64,000 bases of DNA, from assembly GCA_965261945.1 (NCBI GenBank), contig CBDHEF010000002.1:1743327-1807326 (forward strand), read 5' to 3'. This DNA comes from Dehalococcoidia bacterium (GTDB lineage: Bacteria; Chloroflexota; Dehalococcoidia; Lucifugimonadales; UBA3495). The position numbers and the translations under genes were made by a program. Each line of letters opens with the position of its first letter. Within the stretch, counting starts at the first letter, position 1. The notes under the pieces are model-generated. The model made no database searches, was not told the DNA's origin, and saw only the letters and a list, made by a program, of their open reading frames with translations. Shown here one piece after another: positions 9,100 to 17,565 of this stretch.

Positions 9100-9453
9100 G
9101 TGAACCCTATGACCATTCCCGTACCAATCATAGCCAGTCTCATTGCAGGCGCGGCGGCGATATTCATTTCTGTTGTTGGAGCATTGGTCAATATCAACAG
9201 CAGGCTGGGGAAGCTGGAGAAAGGCCAGGAAATGTTGGCTGCGGAAATTCGCGCCTCTCGCGAACGCTCTGATTTGCAGCAAGAAACGTTGGCAACCGAA
9301 ATTCGCGCCTCTCGCGAACGCTTTGATCTGCTACTCGCGGCAGCAGAGGAGCGGGCGCTCGCCCGGCATAACGAACTGCTGGCCGAGATCCGACTATGGC
9401 GCACTCATGGCCACGATTCCGACGGAACGATATTCTTCCGAGTCCCTGAATAG
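9100..9453 (+). CDS. hypothetical membrane-anchored coiled-coil protein
   Basis: N-terminal TM helix IPVPIIASLIAGAAAIFISVVGALV followed by a coiled coil with an internal repeat (EIRASRER twice). GTG start at 9100, with an alternative ATG at 9109. Confidence 0.5.
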   Translation: MNPMTIPVPIIASLIAGAAAIFISVVGALVNINSRLGKLEKGQEMLAAEIRASRERSDLQQETLATEIRASRERFDLLLAAAEERALARHNELLAEIRLWRTHGHDSDGTIFFRVPE

Positions 9454-9518
9454 GAAAGGGACAACACTCTGTTTCCCCTCTTCAGGGAAATGATGGTTGG
9501 AGTATTGGAGCGCATAAT

Positions 9519-10409
9519 TTGACTACCAGCGATATTTCGGCCCACGACCCGCATCCCCGCCTGCGCGTCGACGCGGGGGGCTTAACGATGGCATACGTCG
9601 ACACCGGCGGCGCGGGTTCTAACGGCGCGGTGGCGTTCCTGCACGGCAACCCCACGTCGTCGTACCTGTGGCGCAACATCATTCCCCACCTATCGCCGCT
9701 GGCCCAATGCCTGGCCCCCGACCTGGTGGGCATGGGGGAGTCGGACGGCACACCCGACGGGTCGTACCGCTTCACCGACCACAGCCGGTATCTTGACGCC
9801 TGGTTTGATTCGGTCCTGCCCGAGGGCCTGGTGACGCTGGTGGTGCACGACTGGGGTTCGGCCCTGGGCTTCCACTGGGCGCGGCGCCACCCGGAGCGTG
9901 TGCGCGGCCTGGTCTACATGGAGGCCATCGTGCGCCCGGTGTCGTGGGGCGAATGGCCGGAGGCGGCGCGGCAGGTGTTCCAGGGCTTCCGGTCGGACGC
10001 AGGCGAAAGCATGGTTCTGGAGCGCAACATCTTCGTCGAGCGCGTACTGCCCGGCAGCACCATCCGGGGCATCAGCGGCGAGGCGATGGAGGTCTACCGC
10101 CGACGCTACGCCGAACCAGGCGAGTCGCGCCGCCCCACGCTGTCCTGGCCCCGAGAAATCCCCATCGAAGGCGAGCCGCCCGACGTGGTGGCCATCGTCG
10201 CCGAATACGCCGAATGGCTGTCGCAGACCCCGACGCCCAAGCTGTTCATCAACGCCGAGCCGGGCGCCATCCTAACCGGCCCACAGCGAGAGTTCTGCCG
10301 CGCCTTCCCCAACCAGCACGAGGTGACCGTCCCCGGCGTACACTTCATACAGGAAGACTCGCCGCACGAAATCGGCGCGGCAATCGCGGAGTGGTACGCG
10401 GGGCTGTGA
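9519..10409 (+). CDS. haloalkane dehalogenase (alpha/beta hydrolase)
   Basis: FLHGNPTSSYLWRNIIPHL, the VVHDWGSALGF Asp nucleophile elbow, and VPGVHFIQEDSP as the catalytic His region. Confidence 0.8.
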   Translation: MTTSDISAHDPHPRLRVDAGGLTMAYVDTGGAGSNGAVAFLHGNPTSSYLWRNIIPHLSPLAQCLAPDLVGMGESDGTPDGSYRFTDHSRYLDAWFDSVLPEGLVTLVVHDWGSALGFHWARRHPERVRGLVYMEAIVRPVSWGEWPEAARQVFQGFRSDAGESMVLERNIFVERVLPGSTIRGISGEAMEVYRRRYAEPGESRRPTLSWPREIPIEGEPPDVVAIVAEYAEWLSQTPTPKLFINAEPGAILTGPQREFCRAFPNQHEVTVPGVHFIQEDSPHEIGAAIAEWYAGL

Positions 10410-10503
10410 TTGCTGACAGTTGCCGGTTGCGAGATGCGGAGCGGTAGTTTACGATTTTTCATAAAGTTGAAGCCGTACCTATCCTGTTTAAAGAAGGAAC
10501 TTG

Positions 10504-13017
10504 ATGTCTAAGGCTGAATTATTGAACAGGGGCCATGAACTCGGTGTCATTGCCGTTGACGAAGCAGAGGATACTGTCACATACCGATTGGCTAGAGATA
10601 AACGATATCGTTGGAGTGACCCGGAGGAAAAGGTCAGGGCAGAGATAGTGTTGTCCCTTATTTTCGATTACCAATACTCTCCAAGTCGGATAGACTTGGA
10701 AGTAACCATACCGAACCGTAGCCCCAACAATTGGGCCGATGTAGTCGTGTTCAAGGACGACCGTATGCGTTCTCCTTACATCACGGTTGAGACAGGATCG
10801 CCGGGCATTACTCAATCAGATCAGGCTCAAAAAACTGAACAAGTCTTTGGATACGCCAACGCGCTGGCATCAGAATTCGCTATCTATTACGATTCCAACA
10901 TAAAGATAAACTGGAGGGTTCAAGGTTTTGGTGGATTAGAGCGTAGCCAGAATATTATTGCTGATGTTCCAGCGAACTACGGTGACACTCCTGAGTACTT
11001 ATTCATCCGTGCTGGTGACAATGATTTAAGAGAAATCAGCATCTCTGCACTATACAATATATTTGAACAGTGCCACAACGAACTATGGTCAGGTGGGCGT
11101 CTTGACCCTACCGAGGCTTTTGACGAAATGAGCAAGCTCATGTTTGCCAAACTCTACGATGAGCGGCAAACACCAAACGGTGAGGCTTACGGACTTCAGT
11201 GGGGAGAGCGGGAAACGGAATTCATGGTAGCCCAGCGCGTGCTAACCCAATACCAAAAGGCTTGCGAAGATGACCCGGGGCTATTTGCGGACAACATTGT
11301 CTCAGAACCTCAAAAAATATCTGCCGTAGTCCGCTTGCTCCAGCACGTTTCCCTTGATCGTACCGATCCTGACGCGAAGGGAAGGGCATTTGAGCAGTTT
11401 TTGGGAGAGGTGTTCAGAGGTCGGCTGGGCCAATACTTCACCCGCCGAGAGATAGTAGATTTTATGGTGTCCATGACTAGGCCCACTCACAACGCTGTGT
11501 TGCTTGATCCGGCCTGTGGGAGCGGCGGATTTTTAGTTTATTCTATGAAACAGGTTTTCCACCAGATTGAGTCAGCCTATGCAGGCGACGATCGAACCAT
11601 TTTTCGCCTGAAGGATGATTTTGCGAAACGCCACTTATACGGCATCGAAATCAACGAGAGAATCGCTCGCATCGCTATGATGGATATGGTCATCAACGAA
11701 GATGGGCATACCAACATCGAAATAGGCAGTGGACTGGACATAACTTTTGACAATCCCAGCATTGTCAACAACAGCTTTACGCATATCCTGACAAATCCAC
11801 CCTTTGGAGATAGCATACGGAGCAACGAAACCGACAAATTAGGCCAAGCTCAACTAGCCGACTACCAGTTGGCCAGAGAAAAACAGTCGGCCAAATCGGA
11901 AGTTCTGTTCGTCGAAAGATGTACTCTCTTCCTGCGCCCCGGCGGCATACTCGGAATGGTGGTTCCTGACGGAATTCTCTCCAATCCATCGGACAGGCAC
12001 GTACGTGAGTATATTCTGAGGAATTACAGGGTCTCCTCTATAATTTCTCTACCGCCTTACGCTTTTCGCAAAGCGGGGTCGGGTATGAAAACCAGCCTGT
12101 TAATTGCGAAAAAATGGGAACCAAGCGACAATCGTGCCGAAGATTATCAGATGTTTATGGCCTTGGCCAATCATATCGGATATGACGCCACTGGCCGACC
12201 GGACTCAACCGACCTGCCCATTCTGCTGGAGCATTTCGTCAACGGTACGGGTTCTTTGGACGATGGCGTTACTCGCGTTTCCGTAAAATCAGTGCAGGGC
12301 AGTGGACGGCTGGACCCACAGTACTACGTTCTTGGCCCCATAATTGAACGTGAGTTTGCCAACATACCACACCCCACGTCCGAATTAAATCAATTGGTCA
12401 GACAGACAATTCTGAGCGGCAAGTCCCCCAAAGGTGGGGCAAAATACAGTGTTGGAGATATTCCAATACTTCTTGTCGGAAACATCACCGCAGACGGGTT
12501 TGTCAGTCTGGAAGATTTGTCTTACGTTGATGAGGATTTTTTCAAGAGTAATCAGGATAAGGGTGAGGTTAATCCTCTGGATATTCTTATCGCCAAAGAC
12601 GGGGCGACTACCGGCAAAGTTGGGCTTGTACCGGAGGGTTTTCAGCTTGAACGGTGCTTGATTAACGAGCACATATTCAAGCTCGCTGTGAAAGCGGCTT
12701 TTCCGGGGGATGAAGATTGTCCTCCTGAAGAAACAGAGTCACGAGTTCGTCTTAATACCTACTATCTCTTTTTCTTCCTCAAATCATGGTTAGGGCAACA
12801 ACAAATCGTCCGCGAAATATCAGGAGGAGCGCAAGGCGGCATCACCAAAAAATTCGTCGAGAACATACGGATACCTATACCACCCATAGAGCAGCGGCGC
12901 CAGATCGTCCAAATGGCGCAACTCGAATATGACAGGTATCGTAACTTGGCAGAGCAGGCCAGAGAACAATATCAGCATTTCGAGACTTCGTTGTCCCAGC
13001 AGATAAAAGACCAGTAG
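10504..13017 (+). CDS. fused restriction-modification-specificity protein (Type IIG / type I-like): HsdR_N-like N-terminus, gamma-class N6-adenine methyltransferase, single HsdS-type TRD
   Basis: Motif I is LLDPACGSGGFLV and motif IV is LTNPPFG. The N-terminal segment NWADVVVFKDD...YITVETGSPG is PD-(D/E)xK-like. The C-terminus is an HsdS-like TRD plus conserved helix (IRIPIPPIEQRRQIV...). The region is visibly AT-richer than its flanks. Confidence 0.75.
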   Translation: MSKAELLNRGHELGVIAVDEAEDTVTYRLARDKRYRWSDPEEKVRAEIVLSLIFDYQYSPSRIDLEVTIPNRSPNNWADVVVFKDDRMRSPYITVETGSPGITQSDQAQKTEQVFGYANALASEFAIYYDSNIKINWRVQGFGGLERSQNIIADVPANYGDTPEYLFIRAGDNDLREISISALYNIFEQCHNELWSGGRLDPTEAFDEMSKLMFAKLYDERQTPNGEAYGLQWGERETEFMVAQRVLTQYQKACEDDPGLFADNIVSEPQKISAVVRLLQHVSLDRTDPDAKGRAFEQFLGEVFRGRLGQYFTRREIVDFMVSMTRPTHNAVLLDPACGSGGFLVYSMKQVFHQIESAYAGDDRTIFRLKDDFAKRHLYGIEINERIARIAMMDMVINEDGHTNIEIGSGLDITFDNPSIVNNSFTHILTNPPFGDSIRSNETDKLGQAQLADYQLAREKQSAKSEVLFVERCTLFLRPGGILGMVVPDGILSNPSDRHVREYILRNYRVSSIISLPPYAFRKAGSGMKTSLLIAKKWEPSDNRAEDYQMFMALANHIGYDATGRPDSTDLPILLEHFVNGTGSLDDGVTRVSVKSVQGSGRLDPQYYVLGPIIEREFANIPHPTSELNQLVRQTILSGKSPKGGAKYSVGDIPILLVGNITADGFVSLEDLSYVDEDFFKSNQDKGEVNPLDILIAKDGATTGKVGLVPEGFQLERCLINEHIFKLAVKAAFPGDEDCPPEETESRVRLNTYYLFFFLKSWLGQQQIVREISGGAQGGITKKFVENIRIPIPPIEQRRQIVQMAQLEYDRYRNLAEQAREQYQHFETSLSQQIKDQ

Positions 13018-13088
13018 CCCACAACGCAAATGGTGGAAATCTGATAACATTTACGGGATTCGCGGTAGCAACCCCCCTCGGAGCAACG

Positions 13089-13859
13089 ATGCCTGAAACC
13101 ATCAACCTGGAAATGCGCGGCGGTGACTTCCATGCCGAGGTCGTAACGGCTGGCGATGGCCCGCCGCTGATGTATCTGCACGGCGCGGTGGCGCAGAAGG
13201 GATGGGCGCCGTTCCTGGAGCGGCTCTCGCAGCGGTTCACCGTCTATGCCCCTACTCTACCCGGCTACGGCGCGGCCTCGGGGCTGGAGCACCTGGCCGA
13301 TCTCACCGACCTGACGCTGTACCACCTGGAGTTGCTGCGCCTTCTCGGCGTCTCCCGCGCCCACGTGGTGGGCCACTTCCTGGGAGGGATGATTGCCGCC
13401 GAGATGGCCGCTTTCTCGACGTCGTCGGTAGACCGCCTCGCCTTGGTGTCCCCGGCGGGCGTCTGGCGGGACGAGGAGCCGGTGGCCGACTTGCTGTCCC
13501 TGAACGCCAACGAGCTTGCGGATCGCCTGGCGGCGACGCCGGAGGGCGCGGCATCCCTCGACGGCCTCGCCGATGCGCTGGCCCGCGACCGGATGCAGGA
13601 CATCGCCGCCGCCGGTAAATTTCTCTGGCCCCTGCCCGACAAGGGGCTGCACCGCCGCGCCTACCGCATCAAAGCGTCCACGCTCATACTCTGGGGCGAG
13701 CAGGACCGCATCAACCCGCCGTCCTACGCCGCCGACTTCCAGGCTATGATTGCAGGGTCGCGGACTGGAACGGTTCCCAACGCTGGGCATCTGCTGATGC
13801 TGGAGCGGCCCGACGCCTTCGCCGACACGGTGGCGGCTTTCCTTAACGAGGGGGATTAA
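13089..13859 (+). CDS. alpha/beta hydrolase fold protein with non-canonical nucleophile elbow (GHFLGG)
   Basis: LMYLHGA...VVGHFLGGMIAAE...GEQDRINP...NAGHLLMLE. Asp and His positions are present, but the G-x-S-x-G Ser is Phe (TTC at 13377-13379). Confidence 0.7.
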   Translation: MPETINLEMRGGDFHAEVVTAGDGPPLMYLHGAVAQKGWAPFLERLSQRFTVYAPTLPGYGAASGLEHLADLTDLTLYHLELLRLLGVSRAHVVGHFLGGMIAAEMAAFSTSSVDRLALVSPAGVWRDEEPVADLLSLNANELADRLAATPEGAASLDGLADALARDRMQDIAAAGKFLWPLPDKGLHRRAYRIKASTLILWGEQDRINPPSYAADFQAMIAGSRTGTVPNAGHLLMLERPDAFADTVAAFLNEGD

Positions 13860-13945
13860 CCGCAGAACGCACAGAAAATTAGTGGTTCCCATTGGTTTTC
13901 CCAGGAACCTCCACGCTTTCTGTGTTCACAGCAGTGATTTGTAGT

Positions 13946-14755
13946 ATGGAAAAAAGTCTGGACATACGGCTCGACACGTTCCGGGGCATCATCCGCGAGA
14001 TGGGGTCGGTGGTGACCGCTTTCTCCGGCGGAGTGGACAGCGCACTGGTAGCCGTGGCGGCTCACGAAACGCTGGGCGACAACGCGCTTGCCGTAACAGC
14101 CGCATCTCCGGCGCTGGCGGCCCGCGAGCTTGCGGAGGCCGAGGGACTGGCCCGGCAATTCGGCTTCGCCCACCGCGTCATACGCACCAACGAAATGGAG
14201 CGCGAGGGCTACACCGCCAACTCGCCCCGGCGCTGCTATTTCTGCAAGACCGAGCTGTACACCCACCTGACCGCGCTGGCCCGAGCTGAAAATTACGCCT
14301 GGGTTGCCAACGGGGCCAACACCGACGACCGCGGCGACTACCGCCCCGGCATGGAAGCCGCATCGGAACACCGCGCCCGCAGTCCCCTGCTCGAGGCCGG
14401 GCTGGACAAAGCCGCAGTCCGCGCCATCGCCCGACAGATGAACATTCCGGTGTGGGACAAACCCGCCCAGCCATGCCTGTCCTCACGGGTGCCTTATGGC
14501 ACGCCAGTCACCGTGGAAACGCTGTCGCAAATCGAGCGGGCCGAGGACTTCCTGCGCGGCCTGGGCCTGCGGGAAGTCCGGGCACGCCACCACGACAAGC
14601 TCTGCCGCGTCGAGGCGTCTGAGCCGGATATGGAACTCGCCTTCCGCCAGCGCGAGGAAATCGTGGCCGGGCTGAAGAAAATCGGCTACCTGTGGGTCTC
14701 GCTGGACCTGGCCGGCCTACGCTCCGGCAGCCTCAACGAAGTATTGAAGAAGTAG
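13946..14755 (+). CDS. larE: ATP-dependent sacrificial sulfur transferase LarE (PP-loop ATPase)
   Basis: The SGGVDS PP-loop (VVTAFSGGVDSALVA) and CYFCK motif fit LarE, and larC/larB lie directly downstream. Track ORF trimmed to ATG 13946. Confidence 0.8.
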   Translation: MEKSLDIRLDTFRGIIREMGSVVTAFSGGVDSALVAVAAHETLGDNALAVTAASPALAARELAEAEGLARQFGFAHRVIRTNEMEREGYTANSPRRCYFCKTELYTHLTALARAENYAWVANGANTDDRGDYRPGMEAASEHRARSPLLEAGLDKAAVRAIARQMNIPVWDKPAQPCLSSRVPYGTPVTVETLSQIERAEDFLRGLGLREVRARHHDKLCRVEASEPDMELAFRQREEIVAGLKKIGYLWVSLDLAGLRSGSLNEVLKK

Positions 14756-14765
14756 AGACGGGGAG

Positions 14766-14803
14766 ACGCCCTCAGCCCTTACCCTCTCCCAAGGGGGGAG
14801 GGA
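14766..14803. repeat. hairpin module H of the dispersed repeat family (larE-larC spacer)
   Basis: ACGCCCTCAGCCCTTACCCTCTCCCAAGGGGGGAGGG. It is nearly identical over about 26 nt to the copy at 15611-15637. Confidence 0.55.
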
Positions 14804-14869
14804 ATTGGGTTAATCTTTTCCCAAAGGGAGAAGAGTGGGCCGGTATCCGAGCCGCTCATACCACATTCG

Positions 14870-16099
14870 ATGAAGATTGCTTACATTCAGCCCATCGGCG
14901 GGGCCAGCGGTGATATGCTGCTGGGGGCGCTGGTTGATGCGGGCCTGCCGCTGGAACTGCTGCGAAGCGGTCTGGCCAAGTTGCCCGTAGGCGGCTACGG
15001 CATCAACGCGGTGGAGGAAACCCGCTGCGAAATTCGCGGCACCCACCTCAAGGTCCAGCTAGAGGACCGCACCCGGCACTCCCCCGCCGCGCTGCTCCGG
15101 GCCGTAGCAGACAGCGGCCTCGAACCGGCAGTCAAGGAACGCGCGGAGTCGGTGCTCCGGGCGCTGTGGCGGGCGGAGGCGCGGGTTCATGGCGAGCCCG
15201 AGGAGTCCCTGGAGTTGGAAGAACTGGGCAGCGTAGACACGCTGGTCGACGTTGTGGGGTTCTGCATCGGACTGCGAGAGCTGGGCGTCGGCGAAGTCTA
15301 CGCCGCGCCGCTGGTGCTGGGCGAACCGTCGCCGCCGCGACGGGCCGGCGGGTATTCCAACCCCGCGCCGGCCACCCTGGAGCTGGTCGCCGCAACGGGG
15401 GCGCCGGTAGCCGCCGACAGCCCAGCCCACGCCGGGGCCGGCGAGCTCACCACCCCCACCGGCGCGGCGCTGATTACCTCGCTGGCCGAGTTTCGGCGTC
15501 CTGCGTTCTCTGTCCAGCGCGTGGGCGTCGGGCTGGGGACGAAAGATCCACGGGGTTTCCCCAACGCCTTGCGTTTGTGGCTGGGGGAAACGTCGGAACG
15601 ACCGCACCCTGACCCTCTCCCAAGAGGGGAGGGAATTAGTGGCATCTTCCAGCCCGGCAGCGTGGTTCTGCTGGAGACCAACCTCGACGATGCGCCGGGG
15701 CTGGTGCTGGGCTACGCTCAGGAGAGGCTGTTCGCCCTAGGCGCGCTGGATGTGTGGCATACGCCGGTGCAGATGAAGAAGAACCGCCCCGGCGCGGTGC
15801 TGTCCGTGCTGGTTCCCCCGCACCTGGAACAGGTCGCCGTGGAGCTGATACTGCGGGAAACGCCGACGCTGGGCATCCGCTCCCGCCGGGTTGACCGCCA
15901 CGTGGCGGACCGCCGCAGCGTCACCATCGAAACGGAGTTCGGGGCCGTCAGCGTCAAGGTCAAATCGCTCAATGGTTCAGACGTAAGCGCCGCCCCCGAA
16001 CCCGACGACTGCCGCCGAATCGCCATCGAAACAGGCTTGCCCTTCCAGGAAGTCTACCGGCGGGCAGCCGAAGCCGCCAGCCAGCAGCTTTTGGGCTAG
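14870..16099 (+). CDS. larC: nickel-pincer cofactor biosynthesis protein LarC (nickel insertion)
   Basis: MKIAYIQPIGGASGDMLLGALVDAGLP is the LarC/DUF111 N-terminus. 409 aa. It contains an in-frame repeat insertion at 15605-15633. Confidence 0.85.
   Translation: MKIAYIQPIGGASGDMLLGALVDAGLPLELLRSGLAKLPVGGYGINAVEETRCEIRGTHLKVQLEDRTRHSPAALLRAVADSGLEPAVKERAESVLRALWRAEARVHGEPEESLELEELGSVDTLVDVVGFCIGLRELGVGEVYAAPLVLGEPSPPRRAGGYSNPAPATLELVAATGAPVAADSPAHAGAGELTTPTGAALITSLAEFRRPAFSVQRVGVGLGTKDPRGFPNALRLWLGETSERPHPDPLPRGEGISGIFQPGSVVLLETNLDDAPGLVLGYAQERLFALGALDVWHTPVQMKKNRPGAVLSVLVPPHLEQVAVELILRETPTLGIRSRRVDRHVADRRSVTIETEFGAVSVKVKSLNGSDVSAAPEPDDCRRIAIETGLPFQEVYRRAAEAASQQLLG
15605..15633. repeat. hairpin module H copy located inside the larC coding sequence
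   Basis: CACCCTGACCCTCTCCCAAGAGGGGAGGG is read in frame as HPDPLPRGEG in the inter-domain linker of LarC. Confidence 0.6.
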
Positions 16100-16102
16100 C
16101 GC

Positions 16103-16894
16103 ATGGCAGACAGTCTCCCAACGAAAGGCGGCGACATTCAGCGGGTGCTGGAGCAAGTGCGTGAAGGACATCTGACCACCGAAGAAGCCCTGTCGCAACT
16201 CCGCGACCTGCCCTATCAGGACTTGGGCTATGCCCGCATCGACCACCACCGCCCGCTGCGCACCGGCTCGCCGGAGGTGGTGCTGGGCAAGGGCAAGACG
16301 CCGGAGCAGGTGGCGGGCATCGTGGCAGCGTTGCGTGGGCGCGGTCATCCGGTGCTGGTGACCAAGACCGGACGCGACGCCCATTGCGCCGTGCTGGAGG
16401 TCGCGCCCGACGCGGAGTTTCACGAACTAGCAGGGGCCGTGGTCATACCGTGGGCAACGGACGCCCCAAAACAGCCGGGGACGCTGATAGTGACCGCAGG
16501 CACCGCCGACTTGCCCGTGGCCGAGGAAGCGATGCTGACCGCCGGGCTGATGGGGCAGGACGCCGCCCTCATCGCCGACGTGGGCGTCGCCGGGCTGCAC
16601 CGCCTGCTGGACCGGCTCCCGGAGATTCGAGCGGCGCGGGTTATCATCGTGGTTGCAGGGATGGACGCCGCCCTGCCCGCGGTCCTCGCGGGGCTGGTTT
16701 CGGCCCCGGTCATCGCAGTGCCCACCAGCGCGGGCTATGGGGCCAGCTTCGAGGGGTTGGCCGCTCTGCTCTCCATGCTCAACAGTTGCGCCCCCGGCGT
16801 GGCGGTGGTCAATATAGACAATGGCTTCGGCGCGGGCTACCTGGCCGCTCAAATCAACCGCCAAATCACGGCCCCGGAGCAATCGACGCCTTGA
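16103..16894 (+). CDS. larB: nickel-pincer cofactor biosynthesis protein LarB (PurE-like NaAD carboxylase/hydrolase)
   Basis: ARIDHHR..RTG.PEVV.GKGKT N-terminal motif plus a PurE-like C-terminus (LIVTAGTADLPVAEEA, VVAGMDAALP). Confidence 0.85.
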   Translation: MADSLPTKGGDIQRVLEQVREGHLTTEEALSQLRDLPYQDLGYARIDHHRPLRTGSPEVVLGKGKTPEQVAGIVAALRGRGHPVLVTKTGRDAHCAVLEVAPDAEFHELAGAVVIPWATDAPKQPGTLIVTAGTADLPVAEEAMLTAGLMGQDAALIADVGVAGLHRLLDRLPEIRAARVIIVVAGMDAALPAVLAGLVSAPVIAVPTSAGYGASFEGLAALLSMLNSCAPGVAVVNIDNGFGAGYLAAQINRQITAPEQSTP

Positions 16895-17106
16895 TAGCGC
16901 TCATATTTCGCCTCCTCGAGCTTCCGTTCAAGCTCTTGGGGGCCCCATTCAAATTGATGAACCCGCGCATCGGCTGCCTCATCCTGGCCCTCGTGGTTGC
17001 GCTGCTGTTCGTGTCTTGCGGTATGCTTGGCCGCCTGACGCTGACATTTTAGCTTTGGGGGCATTGAGTAAGAGCGCCGGAGTAAGATTGGAGTACAAGC
17101 AGTAGG

Positions 17107-17166
17107 CGATGACCGCTCACTGAACGGGGACGCCCCCACCCTGACCCACCCCCGAAAGGAAAGAGA
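17107..17166. repeat. degenerate R plus H modules of the dispersed repeat family
   Basis: CGATGACCGCTCACTGAACGGGGACGCCC is R-like and is followed by CCACCCTGACCCACCCCCGAAAGGAAAGAG, a decayed hairpin. Confidence 0.4.
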
Positions 17167-17184
17167 ACGACCGGGTGACTCTGG

Positions 17185-17565
17185 CTACAACTCAACCGCG
17201 TGGAGTATGTGGCTGACGGACATGAGTATGCCCCGGCGGTCCAGGTTCAGGCAGACAAGGTCGATGCGCCAGGCAGTCTCGGAGTGATACTCCCCATCCA
17301 GCCGGGATTGCAGGAACTCCTCGGCTACGGAGGCCAGACGCTCAGCCCTGACGGGGGATATGGACTCCTCGGCGCGGCCGAAAGCGTCCCCCCGGCGAGT
17401 CTTGACTTCCACGAAGACCATCTCGTCGCCCTGCCGGGCCACGATGTCAATCTCGCCGGCGCGGCAGCGAAAGTTATTGGCGACGACGGCGTATCCCTTC
17501 GCTTCCAGGTGCAGCCGCGCCTGCCGCTCGCCCCACTGCCCCAGCCGCCGGTTGGCGTCGCTCAC
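17185..17565 (-). CDS. yraN: YraN family (UPF0102) endonuclease-like protein
   Basis: GQWGERQARLHLEAKGYAVVANNFRCRAGEIDIVA...VFVEVKTR is the canonical YraN pattern. Confidence 0.8.
   Translation of the reverse strand: MSDANRRLGQWGERQARLHLEAKGYAVVANNFRCRAGEIDIVARQGDEMVFVEVKTRRGDAFGRAEESISPVRAERLASVAEEFLQSRLDGEYHSETAWRIDLVCLNLDRRGILMSVSHILHAVEL

Noticed and set aside
10426-10437. 12-mer GCGAGATGCGGA shared between 1489-1500 and 10426-10437, considered as possible island-flanking repeats
   Set aside because: A single 12-nt match between two sites in 64 kb (both strands) is expected by chance. It does not flank the AT-rich islet on both sides.
16849-17139. Small ORFs between larB and yraN (16849..17139 -, and the tail of 16384..17052 + encoding a 31-aa hydrophobic peptide)
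   Set aside because: There is no SD or motif support. They overlap the larB end and the repeat copy, so the evidence is insufficient.
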